From Lama glama (Eukaryota): DNA of 64,000 nucleotides. The stretch is from contig CM052818.1 in assembly GCA_028534125.1 (NCBI GenBank), forward strand, positions 6,202,001 through 6,266,000, in the 5' to 3' direction. The notes under the pieces are model-generated. The model was not told the DNA's origin, made no database searches, and saw only the letters and a list, made by a program, of their open reading frames with translations. The position numbers and the translations under genes were made by a program. Shown piece after piece: positions 23,863-36,618 of this stretch; position 1 is the stretch's first letter; every line of letters starts with the position of its first letter.

Positions 23863-25532
23863 CCTTTCCAGCTCCCATTTTTAAAGAAGTGAAAAACTCT
23901 ATCTTTGGTCTCCTTGTATGCAATCTAGTATAGAGATAAAGTTGACATCCAAAACAGGAAAGTAAAACCAACCCTGAGTTAAGTCAAGCACTGATGAGGT
24001 TGACACAGGACATATACTCTGTGGGGGTCTGGATGAGGATGGAGAAGCAGAGCAGGAAGAGCCAGGAATGAACAGTTCACGAAGGAGGGAGGTTGCCATA
24101 GGGCACCTGGACCAATGCAGCATTTTGATGGATGGATGGAAAGAAAGACAAGAGGGCAACTATAGAATTAATTTTCTTTTAAAGATTCTCTGGGAGGGGG
24201 TCCTTCTGTTATTTATAAGGGATGAGAACTGTTTAAAAAGCTCTTCTCTCAAGTACCTCTCGAAAATTTTGACTGTGGTAAAACTGCCCATTTAACACAA
24301 GCCCAACTGCAAACAACCAGGGTAAATTCCCACAAAAGCAGCCCCCTCCCCTGCCCCAGTCAACACTGCAAACAGACTGCCACATTATTATTGAGAAGGG
24401 TGGTAGCTCCCATGCAAACTACATATTTGATTAGGATCTGAACTCTTTGCCGCACCATGAACTCGAAATAATTTAGGTGATACATATAAATTTAATTTCT
24501 TTGTTCAAAAACTCCACATCTGAAATGATTCCCTGCAAAATGTGGAGCTCTCACTGAGGTCTACAAAATGAGTCTCCTTCTAACTTGTCTATACTGTGTG
24601 GAAATAATCTTCAAGGAAAGGAATAAACCTATTTTAAAAACAGCTGAGTCCTTTAGATCATATACCCTAACCAATTTATGGAGATAAATAGAATTCAGTA
24701 TTAAAGAAATATATTTTTTCCACTGCTCCAGAAAATGTAAATGCCAGCTACAAAATAGAAAGAAAAGAAAAAGACAAAGAAATTAGGAATAAAGCAGCAC
24801 AGAAAGAAAGCCAGAAAAACCAATTCAAGGACAATTGAAGAACCCCTGACTTATTATCCTTTCCGGCCTCATCTCTCACCCCCAGCTCCCACATTGACCC
24901 GAAGGAATTGTATATAAGACTATCACAGAGGAGAGGAACCCAGGGAAAAACAACTGCCAAAGAAAACAGAATTCATTTCTACCACCAGGAACCAAAGAAG
25001 GCAGAGTTCTCTATGGAAACAAACCCCCTCTTTCTACAGTGGGGCGGTGTCCGCTGCTGGCCATCCTTCCTGCATGGCACACCATTTCGGTCACTCTCAT
25101 GTTAACCCTGAGCTAATTACCAGGATGGACAGACGGAAAAATAACAAAGGAGAAAGAGCAGGAAACGGAAAACAAAGTAACACTGAGTGATTGCTCGTGT
25201 CCTCTTAATATAATGAATACAAAATACTTTTAAAAAAATGCATTAGGCAGATATTGGCTTATGATGGGGTCAATATCACGATTTATTTAACTCTGGGGAC
25301 AATAAATCTTGATATTGACTGAAAACATAAGTCAATATGTGTACTGTTGTGTGCATTCTATTACAAAAATTAGGTTTTTAACTTTAATAGCTCCTTTTGC
25401 AAAGAGGAAAAATAAAAGAACTCCCTTCAAAGGCCCTCAAATCACAGTCACACCAACATGCTGGAAAGGGACGCCCTGTCCAGCTCAGCCACTCAGCATC
25501 ATCAAGTGATGACTGGTCAGTCAGTCAATTAA

Positions 25533-26009
25533 TGTCGTAGACTGAACTGCTGATCCCGATTTTTCACCCCTCCTGTATCCACCATCTTTGGTGTTCATCC
25601 TACACAAAGCAAAGGCCATTCCCTGACCTGGGCCTTAGCTTGTGACATTTTTGCCAATGAAATACGGACAAAATTGAGAGTTTGCCAGGTTCCGGTCTAA
25701 TCGTTAACATGCATCTTATGTTCTGCTTGTCTTCTTGTGACTCTGCCATCACAATTAAAAGAGATTCCCTTCAAGTAGAAGCTATCTCTTCAGCCTGAAT
25801 TCCAAACTAAATCCACATGAACAGACAAGAGCCCATGCCAGTGTGAAGCCAAGCCCAGCTGGACCTACAAATGGAAGCAGAGTTACCCATTCAAGCTCAG
25901 CCTAGATCAGTGATCTAGCTCACTGCAGATATGTGAGAGATATATGCTTACTGTAAATGCCACAAAGATTTGGTGATTGGTTGTTATGTAGCAGTAGCTG
26001 ACTGATGCA
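25533..26009 (+). mobile_element. MLT1H-like MaLR solo LTR
   Basis: 5' 'tgtcgtagactg...ttcacccctcctgtatcca'; 3' 'ttgttatgtagcagtagctgactgatgca'. Confidence 0.8.
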
Positions 26010-26802
26010 GTTAGCACTGACTTAGTGATAATTATTCACAGACTACTATACTTATTTTCTTGTGAAATCTTCAAAGAAAGTTGGCCCTGACTCTAAGAAA
26101 TTCACAGTATGATAGGGGAAGGAGGATACACACATGATGGACTGTCTCCCTTTACAGTAAGCTCCCTGTAGCCCAGACAACTGTTAGATGTCTCTCCTTC
26201 CCTTAGCCAGGGGTAGTAACTTCCTTGAATTCACACATATCCAGAAGTTGGACTCAGCCCACTTACTAGTCTCCAATAAAAATACAGTAATTCCTCACAT
26301 CAGGGATATTTGTAATTTTGAGTTTTTTTGGTTTTGTCTTTTTATTTGTTTGTCTTCTGAAGATCACAGAGACATCATGAGAATGCTACATAAGGTTGCA
26401 CATGGTATTCTAAATGTTTTATTTTCCCCAAATTCCTCCTCAGTCATATCATAATAGGGCTTCTCTCTTTCCCCTCTTTGGTGACTCAGTGGCAGCCTCC
26501 CCAGTTAATCCTTTATCCTTCCAGATCACTCTCAAGAGCTCCAAGCTTCTTAGCTGCAGAAAAATTCAACTATGCCCCAGCTTATACTCCTGGACTTGTA
26601 TTACCCAACTCATTCTGTTATCAGCAAATATTGAGCCTTAACAACAGAACTGCCCTCTTTATAAGGCAGTTCAACTATATAAGAAGATTCTTTGGTGTTT
26701 CATGTCCCATTCCAAGTGGCTGATCAAAGTCTTTTTTCTTAATGCACATATAAAACCACCCAAAGTAATTCTGATTAGTAAAATTATCCTTCTATCATTA
26801 TA

Positions 26803-27061
26803 ATCATTCATTCATTTTTTCAGTAAGTATTTATTGAACCAGTCGCTGTTCTAAATAAAGGCTGAGAATTCAGCTGTGAACAAAAAAGAGACCTCATGGA
26901 GTGCTGTCTCAGGAGCAAAGACAAACATTAACAATTAAACTCACAGAAGAAAGTCATGCTGGGCAGCGGTAAGTACCATGAAGGAAATCAGCCCAGTGTA
27001 AGGGCTTACACACACTATTTTAGACAGGCTGGTCAGGGAAGACATCTCTGAGGAGGTGACT
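26803..27061 (-). mobile_element. L2 3' end running into the gap
   Basis: 'tcattcattcattttttcagtaagtatttattgaac...ggtcagggaagacatctctgaggaggtgac'. Confidence 0.85.
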
Positions 27062-27561
27062 NNNNNNNNNNNNNNNNNNNNNNNNNNNNNNNNNNNNNNN
27101 NNNNNNNNNNNNNNNNNNNNNNNNNNNNNNNNNNNNNNNNNNNNNNNNNNNNNNNNNNNNNNNNNNNNNNNNNNNNNNNNNNNNNNNNNNNNNNNNNNNN
27201 NNNNNNNNNNNNNNNNNNNNNNNNNNNNNNNNNNNNNNNNNNNNNNNNNNNNNNNNNNNNNNNNNNNNNNNNNNNNNNNNNNNNNNNNNNNNNNNNNNNN
27301 NNNNNNNNNNNNNNNNNNNNNNNNNNNNNNNNNNNNNNNNNNNNNNNNNNNNNNNNNNNNNNNNNNNNNNNNNNNNNNNNNNNNNNNNNNNNNNNNNNNN
27401 NNNNNNNNNNNNNNNNNNNNNNNNNNNNNNNNNNNNNNNNNNNNNNNNNNNNNNNNNNNNNNNNNNNNNNNNNNNNNNNNNNNNNNNNNNNNNNNNNNNN
27501 NNNNNNNNNNNNNNNNNNNNNNNNNNNNNNNNNNNNNNNNNNNNNNNNNNNNNNNNNNNNN
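27062..27561. other. Assembly gap (500 N)
   Basis: Run of exactly 500 N. Confidence 0.99.
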
Positions 27562-27590
27562 GGCTATGGGGGAGGACTGGGTTTAAGGAA

Positions 27591-28010
27591 TGTGATGGAT
27601 ACTGCTAGTTAACTGTCAGTATCCTTTTTTATTTAATAATAAAACTCTGGAGTTTTAGCTGGGTCCATGGCTACCTAGCAAAACAGCACATTTCCCAGAC
27701 ATTCTTGCAACTGAGGATGGCCACGTTACTACCATCTGCTAATGACAGGTGTGCAGATGCAAGACATCCTAAGGCCGGGGTGCACCCTTGAGAAAAAAGG
27801 GCATGCGCTCTCCTCGTTGTTTCCCCTCCCCGCTTCCCCCTAACGGGAAATGGACCGAGACAGAAACCATGGATCAAGGATGGCAAAGGCACCCTACCAA
27901 ACCCTGGTGCACTGACTGTTATATCAGAGAGAAGTAAATTTCTACCACGGTTAATCCTCTATCGTTGAGTCTCTTTGGTACAGCAGCTTAGTCTGTACTC
28001 TAAGCCACAC
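27591..28010 (+). mobile_element. MLT1I/J-like MaLR solo LTR
   Basis: 5' 'tgtgatggatactgct'; 'catttcccagacattcttgca'; 3' 'gagagaagtaaatttcta...gtctctttggtacagcagctta'. Confidence 0.75.
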
Positions 28011-29154
28011 AGGAGAGAGAGCTATATGGGGGCCATTAAACTCACAAAATCAACCAGCCCAAGTGAACGCGCTCTTGGCCAGGTTTATGAAAGTAGTGCT
28101 AACCAATAGAAAAACGAGTTTGTCCAAGTCAGGGCTTTGCATTAATCACCTGGCTATATTCTCCCCTGGACGTGGCCATGTACTCAGTTTCCACCCATGG
28201 CTTAATGTCTGCTCATGCTTTGTGGTCCCTGACAACAATACTTTCCAGACCAGAGGAACCAAGTCATTCTGCAACACTGAACGAGAAGAGCGACCATTCC
28301 AAGAGCCAGGACAAGGGCTTTTAGAGACCAAAAAAGCGGCAGCCTCTCTGTTGCTTCCCAGATCTAAAAACATAACGCTTCTTGAGTTTCCTAGCTGACC
28401 TGCCCCTCCCATCTTATTTCCTAATACAGAAGAGAAGTTATTTTCTAAGCTGCAGCTTCACAAAAACCATTCCCTTTAGATGATGAGGGAAGTAGCAGAG
28501 AGTAAATCCGGGGAACAGGGGTTTCTTTCCCTTGAGTAGAGCCTCTCTATGGGGGGACCTAAGTAACAGAGGATTTTCGTATTTGATTGTTGAGACCACC
28601 CAGATGCTTGATTTGGAAACCTGAACAAAGTTAGATTTCAAGAAATATTTAAGTTAGTTCAGTTAAAGGTACAGGGCTGGGAGCGGGGAGGAGGGCACAA
28701 CCCCGATTAGAAATACAGATATCTCCTGAAATCTGAGTTCAGGAAACAGAGTAGAAGTGGAAGGCAGGGAAGTGTGAGCTGAACACAATGAGTGGTTCCA
28801 GGCTTGGGGTGGTTCCTGGGACCCCATCAGCAGAGGCCTCTGGACCTTCATTCTACTGTTCACCATTAAGCTGATGCAGCTACAGCCACAGGAACTCATT
28901 GTGTTTTGTCCTGCTATCCACCAGCTTGGGCTCTGAATATGCCAATTCCTAGTTCCTTTCAACAAAGACCTAGAGCACAGGCAGTTTCCAGAGAAAGCGG
29001 ACGAAGGGTGAACCAGGAATCCCCAAACAATCCCACCGCTCCAGTGGTTGGGAGGACAAATTTTCAGAAGTTGGAGGCAGAAGGCTGAATTCCTGATCTC
29101 CTTCCTAGCTCTGTGATAAATACCTTTGGCCAAGGTCAGCTAAGCAAAGAGATC

Positions 29155-29300
29155 TTAATTCATCTATTTATTTATTCATTCAAACATTCATTCAATAAAC
29201 ATTTATGAGCACTTGCTCTGTGCTATGGACTAGGAAAACAAAGCTGAATTTAAAAAAAAGGATCTCTTTCCTCCAGAAGCTCACAGGCAAACACATAAAC
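29155..29300 (-). mobile_element. L2 3' end
   Basis: 'ttcattcaaacattcattcaataaacatttatgagcacttgctctgtgc'. Confidence 0.8.
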
Positions 29301-30248
29301 AGCTACTTCCCAGAGAGCTGCAGTATCTGAGGAAGGTCATATATAACTCAAAACATGCATTTCAAAATAACTGGTTAATATATGGTTTAAAGTGGTTTTA
29401 ATGTAAACTGATGTTTAAACTAAATGTGAATTCATTTACATAAGTAAACGTATTTGCACAAAAACCATCCACGTTTCTTAAAGAGGTCAGCCGGGAGTAG
29501 ATCAGAACGTACCAGGAGGATCTCACTTGTGCCAGCAAGTCCCTCCCTCCTGGAGAAGGTATCTGCCATCCACCTGCTGTGTCACTGTTGCTAAGGGTCC
29601 CAAGTGCCAGTCTTAAATCCCCTACCTCTGTTTAATATTGTTTAACCAGTAAAAGATGAATCACAGATACCTTCTATTCTGAGAGCTTCAAAGAAACGTT
29701 TTCCTTGTCTGACAGATAGATTCTTTTCTGCCCATTGCCAATGGATCTAAGCCAGCATTGCCTTATCAGGGTTGTTATAGTAAGATCTTTTCCATGGTTT
29801 TCCCATTTTTTAAAAACAGTGTCATGGATTCACTGAGGATGCAAAAAAAAAAACTTAATTCATCTTTTTTCTTAAACCTTAAAGCATTTACATTTCCCTG
29901 ATATGTGTAATTTAATTTGTTAGGTTTTTGTTTTATATTCTAGCCTTTTATACATCGTTTCATATTTTAAAGTTTTTGTGGTATGTTAAGTATGATGTAG
30001 AATTTTTTCCATTCCAATGCCTTCAATTATTGGGTAACTTCATTATATTTAAACATTCAACTGTTCACTAACACTGCATTCTTACATGTTGCACAACTGG
30101 CTGCCAGTGATGTGCGTTGTCCATTTAACTGGATATTGTTATGTTACAGTACACAACTTGGTACCTATATAGTTTCAAACAAGAGAAATCTACAGATTCA
30201 TGGTAATTTTAATATTTTTACAAGTGTGTTCAAAATAAACACAATCTA

Positions 30249-30373
30249 GGGAGGATATAGCTCAAGTGGTAGAGCACATGCTTAGCATGCATGAGGTCCT
30301 GGGTTCAATCCCCAGTACCTCCTCTAAGAATAAATCAATGAATAAACCTAAATACCTTCCCCCACTAAACAAA
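30249..30373 (+). mobile_element. Young tRNA-Ala(AGC)-derived SINE (camelid vic-1-like)
   Basis: Head 'gggaggatatagctcaagtggtagagcacatgcttagcatgcatgaggtcctgggttcaatccccagtacctcc' with Pol III A and B boxes; perfect 18-bp TSD caaaataaacacaatcta (30231-30248 / 30374-30391). Confidence 0.92.
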
Positions 30374-32504
30374 CAAAATAAACACAATCTACAAACTGGT
30401 CGGTGCAAATCTGGATAACTGGAAGCAGACACTATGTGTATGACAAAACATGAACGTAGCACATTTCCAGAACAAAAGAGGGAATGGCTACTGTCACAGT
30501 GTCATAGTGGGACTAGGTGGGACACTCTAGGGGAAGGTATGCACACCGGTGTTGAAGAGAAGCTTCACAGAAGAAATAGCTCTTGTGACATAACTATTAA
30601 TGGAAATAAAAGGGAAACCACGTTTCCTTAAAGCTAATGCATGGAGAATACAGGATTGCCTAATTGCCTTAAAAACTGAGGCCCTCTTACAAGAGAAGAG
30701 ATGGTATCCATACCATCAGTGTAAGGTCAGCCAGTCTCCGTGCCAACCCTCTGATAAGCAATAGGGTAAGTCTTGCTGTTGAGGAGTATTCAAAACAAGA
30801 GCATTACTATTATTTTCATAAACCCCTCCAACCAGTCATCTCTCAAAACGATCTAAAGGCAGTATAATAACAAATTGGCCTTTAAGAAAACAGATCCAAA
30901 GATCTATGTGGCCAACTTTTACTGTCTTCCTGTATAAAAGAACAGTGTGTGGCCCATATAAGAAGCAACTTTCAGCCTCCAATTCAAGTTAGCTACACAT
31001 CTTTCAAAAAAAAGTTACAAGTCAAAATATTGTTGCTTTCCTTTAAAGAAAACAAAAATACAGAGAATAGCCCATTAGGATTTTTCCCTGAAACAACTGA
31101 GGAGAAATAACAAAGCAAAAGAAAATAACCATGAACAACCTACCATTCTTTGCAATACTTTTTCTCATGTTTAGGCCACCATCACTGATTCTAAGTCATC
31201 ACTCACTCAAATCGCCTGGCAGAGCATTTCCCTTGGTATACCTGTGAACAGATGCGCAAAGAAACAACCTAACAGCTTACTTCTCCCCCACCTCTTTCCC
31301 AAGATGCCGAGATGACCTGAGGACGAGAGGTAGTGAAGAAAAGCTCCTTTTCTATTACCTTTTCTTTTTTCTCTTTCCCTTTTCTTCCCTGATACCTTTA
31401 AAGACTTCCCTTAGAACGAACATGGAAGTCATCATTTGATGATGAATTTGCATGTCGATCGGCAGCCAGGGTAGCAGCCTCAGATTAGGGACATGCCGCT
31501 GCACACTAATAGGCACAAAGAACAAGAAGTGCATTTCCATCTGCCCTTCCTTTCCAGTCAGTGCATTCCCAGCCGTGTCTATTGATGAGCACTTGGAACA
31601 ATACCAAAATGCAGTGTAAGATCAATCCTGCTGTTTACTTCGCTGAGCTAAAGGAACAAAGAACAGAAGAAAGGCCTTAAACTCAGACATCGTAAAGAAG
31701 CGGGATGAAGGATGAAAAATGGGTCTGATGGGCAGTTGCACAGAGTAAACGTATTTGGAGGAGCAGCAGCTCCAGCTGAGATAAAACCAATGATGATTTG
31801 TATTTTGCACTGTATCTTCAGGGGATAAAAGCATTTCTATCAGATAGCATTGGAGGCAAACTTGAAACACTGCAGTCAAGGGCGATGTTCCCTGCCAGGG
31901 AGAGAATAAAACCTCCCATAATTGCTGAGGAGTGTTAAATATATGATTGTGCATGCCTCTCTCCTCCCATGGTGAGGCAACTCAACCAGCTCCTCTTTTT
32001 AACTCCACCAGCCCCTGGTAACCCAACAGTTGGCTGGGCCCTGCTGTCAACAAAGCAACAGGATACTGGGTTTTACTTGGGTAAATACCAGTAATTGTAA
32101 TTTGTGGGATTATTTGTCTTTAAGCCTTTTTAAAGTTATTTCAAATAGGAAGCCCAGCAACTTCATTGCTGCCAAAATAAGAGTTGGGGGGTGGATGGGA
32201 GGATGAGTGTGGAGAGGCAGAGTTAGTATTCAAATGCAAATATTTGGAGAAAGAGAAGGCAGGGTCACAAAGCCACTATAGCCAAGGTGGGAATTTTCTT
32301 TCTGAATCAAGAGGAGATGCAACACGTTGCTTCCCCATTTGGCAAAACCCCAAGAACATCGGCCAACCACGATGGGGGTGGGGGGGGGGACCAGGTAAAG
32401 GGTATGAGAAAGGCAAAGGCCAGAAATACACGGGCCAAACTGGGCACATCCTCCTTGGGTGCCCTGCTCTCCCCTCCTCCCAGAACTAGGTCCAGCTCAT
32501 CCCT

Positions 32505-32640
32505 TAGCCTCCCAACTCCAGTGTGGCCCACAAGACCAGCTGCAGCAGCTTTACCTGCGAGCTTGTCAGAAATGCTGAATCTCAGGTCCCACCCCAGACC
32601 TGCTGAATCCAAATCTCAAGAGGTGGGACTCAGTAAGAAT
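32505..32640. mobile_element. MER5A-type hAT-Charlie DNA transposon fragment
   Basis: 'gagcttgtcagaaatgctgaatctcaggtcccaccccagacctgctgaatc'. Confidence 0.85.
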
Positions 32641-32689
32641 TCCGAACCACATATCCAAAAAACAAAAAACAAAAAACAAACAAACAAAA

Positions 32690-32970
32690 AAACCCTTTCC
32701 TGACTCCCTCAGCACTCAGCAAACCCTCTCTTCCCTGAGTCCTGTATCCCTTACTGCTCTGCCAATCACAAGCCATTAACATATGCCTTTGCACACAGAG
32801 GGGATCCAACAAGCACATGGTGATTGTTTTGGCCTTGATGCTGCCCTGTGTATTTATGTGCCCTGACTCACCCATTAGATGTCAAATGCTTTGAGGACAG
32901 GGACCGCCTAAGGTCTTTGAACCCTTCTCCATGCCTGGTACACACTGGTGCTTATTGATTCTTGAAGGGA
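32690..32970 (+). mobile_element. L2 3' fragment
   Basis: 'cccattagatgtcaaatgctttgaggacagggacc...atgcctggtacacactggtgctta'. Confidence 0.7.
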
Positions 32971-33284
32971 TGATCTGGGCACCGGGCCTCCTGTTTCGAC
33001 TGGGGGATAGTGTAGTAAATAGCATGAGTAGACAGCATTCTCCTAGCTTAGTTACCCTGACAAGAATACAAGGCAGCCTCGACAGAGAGCAACTGGGCTC
33101 TGATCATCTTCAAGTGACCATCTGGAAAACAGGCCTGGAAATCAAATATGCATAAGTAAGTATTTTACAGAGGTATTAAACATTAACTGAAAAATATTTA
33201 TCCTTGGGGGGAACAAGTCCTGAGTAGTTGCAATCTAGCATAATCTATGAATTTGCAAAACATTAAATGCACCCTTTTAACTTA

Positions 33285-33500
33285 GCTTTTTATGATAAAG
33301 TCTATCACTAAGTTCTAAGCACTGTATGGAGGTGATCTAATTTAATCCCCCAACAACTAAGTGAAATGGATATAATTTATTCTAAAGTAGGGTAAGGAAA
33401 CTGAGGCCCAAAGAGATGAAATAATTTCCCCAAAGCCACGAAGTTACACACAGATTCTAAATACTGGTAGACCCCAGGGCCCAAGCCTGTTCTTACACAT
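33285..33500 (-). mobile_element. MIR SINE
   Basis: 'atttaatccccaacaac...ggaaactgaggcccaaagagatgaaataatttccccaaagccac'. Confidence 0.8.
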
Positions 33501-34777
33501 CCCACTGGAAGAAAGAAACAATGGGAAACAAACAATGGCTTGAAATGTAACCTGAAGGTCTTTCTATGCACTCACAGGAATGGAAATGCCTGCCAACTGG
33601 CGGGACCTATGTTTTATCTACCAGAAGACAGAAATGCTCAGTGTGGAAATTTTGTAATTATATAGTATAGGTAGGTTAAAAAATAGCATAGCATAAAACC
33701 ATGTCTACACAATGTCACATAGCTTAATTTTTTAAATGAAAATATTCTATCATCCACCAATCATCAAGATGCTTATAAATAGTGAGTCCCTGAAGTTTTC
33801 ACTTTTTCCTAAAATGTCTGGGAGACATACAGACTTAAATTAAAAGTTCAAAACTCCTTAAGGAGATTTGCCTCCAAAGAATTTTGACATTAACAAAAAA
33901 CACATCAAGAATCTAAGATGTTTCTTATTGTTTGCATTATCTGAGCACAGAAAACACACTAGACACCATACAGAACATTAAGGGAGACTCAATTTCAGTC
34001 GAGAGGGTTCATAATATAAATTAGAAAGACACAATCTAAATTAAACAGACATAGTCTAAATTAGATAAACACCGTAAGAGTTCTGATTCCTTCCCAGCAG
34101 GGACTACAGGAGAGGAAGTTTCCCAGGGTTTCAGACACACAGAGAGCTCTGAGTTTCCCTGGTCAACAGATCATTCTGTTATATTTTACTGTGCACCCAC
34201 TGGATCCAAATACTGACGTTGGTAATTTTCTGACTGAGTCTAGCATGGCTGGAAATAACACTGACTTCATAAGGTGGGGTGGAGGCATTAAGGATGAGAA
34301 TTCTACAGTCTGTCTGTCTGTTTCATAAGAATTGTATTCTTTTTAGGAAATTTCAGTTTGACTAGAAAGTCTTAATTATCATCCACTTTGCCACAATGTG
34401 CAGAACTTTCGCCCTGCCTGTTCCACATTCTTCCATCAAAGAGTGAGCCTGGTGCAGACAGAAGGTGCCCTCAGCGTATTCTCCCAAGAATCAGGAGGGA
34501 GTGGCTGCCTGCACCCCTCGACATCCCCAAAGTGGCTTTATGAATGAAAATAAGACAATTAGCATCTTGTGACTGTGTAATTCTCTAACACTTTCTTTCT
34601 TACCTACCAAAGCCTCTGAGCAGTCTCTTCAACAAAGATCTAAGGTGCAGAATGGTTGGATGGCTTGTTCAAGGTGACATACTGCACATTAGTGCAGAAG
34701 CAAGACTGAAATCAGCTCTTGGGATACCTGGTCCACTGTTATTTCCTCTGCCTGGCCCTGACAGCATATCACCTTCT

Positions 34778-35099
34778 AGCCGAACTGGTCCAGGGAAATA
34801 TAACACAAGCACAAATGCGAGCCACACGTGTCTTTTTAAATGTTTTAGTGGCCACATTTTAAAAAGTAAAAAGAAAAGGTAACACCAGTTTTATCAATAG
34901 ATATTACTTAACCCGATATAAACATCATTTCAACAAGTAATCGGTGTTAAAAATTGTTAATGAAATATTTTACATTTTTTTTCATATGAAGTCTTCAAAA
35001 TCTGGGGTATATTCCACACTTCCAGCACATCCCAATTTAGATGAGCCCCATTGCAAGTAGTCAATGGCCACACGTGGCCACCTTATTGGATAAGACAGC
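34778..35099. mobile_element. MER33 hAT-Charlie DNA transposon
   Basis: 'gcgagccacacgtg...ttttagtggccacattttaaaaagtaaaaagaaa...cagcacatcccaatttag...caatggccacacgtggc...ttattggata'. Confidence 0.85.
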
Positions 35100-36576
35100 A
35101 TTATGGCGTCTGTCTGAAACATTTGAAAAGCACGGCCCTGCCAAGTCCAGCCCTGGCTCAGACAGCTCCTTTGCAGTCAGGACTATCGAAGTGAGAGCCA
35201 CACAACAGCTTCACTGGGAAGTGGGAGAGAGGTTTCCAGGCAGCCTCGAACCCTAAGGAGACTCTTACCCCTGATATAAAGCCCCAGAAGTCTATTAACC
35301 CCTCCTCTCCCTACACTGCCAAGCAGGCAGCATTCTCACCCAGAGAACCTCGCAGGACCCAGGAACAAATCCATGGACACTAAACTGCCAAGAGAGTAGA
35401 TTTAGCTCAGACCCTCCTGGGGAACATCTTACCAAAACTCCGGTGAGGTGGGCTTTGTAGTTGACAACCAAGTTACACTCCAGTTGTAACTCATTTGTAA
35501 ATTGCCAATGATTTATTTATTAATTTACTTATGGGTAAAATGTTAAATCTACATCAAAGTGTACATTTAGTCCCTTTCATTTTGCTGTATTTTAAAAGCC
35601 TCAGATTAAAGGTATTCCTTTCAGGCTACGTAAGTACACATACCTAAGCACACAGAACCAGTGGGTGTTTCCAACCCAACGCTGAGGCCCCCGGTGGGTA
35701 GACACGACTTGAGGTGAGCAGTGTCCACGCGGGACGCTGAACTGGGGACAAGCTAGGTTACCCGTGCCATCTCTCTCCCGAAGGACTGGTTTACCCAGAT
35801 CCCCCATCCCACTGAGGCAGAGGAGGATTTCCGAAGACCAGAGGCATCACACACAACATGACAGCACCCCCTACACAGCTGGTCTTCCTCCTCCAGCCTC
35901 TCTAATCCCGGAAAATGGCTATATTGCCTTCCAGTGGCGAAGAGACCACCTCAAAATCTTCCGCAACTCCTACCTTGCCAACCTAAACCCTGATATTACA
36001 CTGTTTTCCACAACAGTCGGTCACGGGGAATGTGAAAATCTCTCTCCCTTCCGATCATGGCACAGTCACAGGAGAACATAATCTTTGGATGAGCACGCTT
36101 CCTCCTCAAACAAAGGAACATTTCTCCCTGTGCGGCGGGAGACATTTAGCCCTTCTAATATCCCCTGTTGTGGAAGGTGAGCCTTCCAGGCTTCGGTGTT
36201 GGGGATAATTACAAGGGGATTTGCAGTCAGGGCCTGCAGGTGGGAGGGAGGGAGGGCACGAGGGAGGGAGGGATGGAGGCAGAAAAGCAAGGATCCCAAC
36301 AGCTTTTTCACGTCAGGGAAACATCTTCATGCTCAAAATGAGCACAGCTTCTCGATCACTGACCTCCCTCTAACGTAAAAAGTCTTCTTATTTGTGAAAA
36401 GGTGCTTATAAACATGGTTCCCACAGTCCAAAACGTTGACGTGTCTGAGAGATCGTAGCACTTCTCAGCCAGGCCCACTGCCGGGCAGACATTCCCACAG
36501 CCTCTGCCATCCTTACTTCACGTTGTCTTGCAAACTACCAGGGGACACGGCGACAGTCATTCTACAGCTAAAGCTG

Positions 36577-36578
<2 letters not shown>

Positions 36579-36616
<38 letters not shown>
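36579..36616. repeat. (CA)19 microsatellite
   Basis: Perfect dinucleotide run. Confidence 0.97.

Positions 36617-36618
<2 letters not shown>

Noticed and set aside
27056..27586. Long ORFs of X residues (also 58480-59115)
   Set aside because: Artefacts of N gaps
28663..29133. 156-aa minus-strand ORF
   Set aside because: Non-ATG start inside a MIR fragment; no recognisable homology
29765..30230. Possible ancient DNA-transposon remnant
   Set aside because: AT-rich and suggestive, but I could not identify matching termini or a family
30249..30322. tRNA-Ala(AGC) gene
   Set aside because: Followed by a SINE tail and flanked by a perfect TSD, with no oligo-T terminator directly after the tRNA-like part; it is a tRNA-derived SINE
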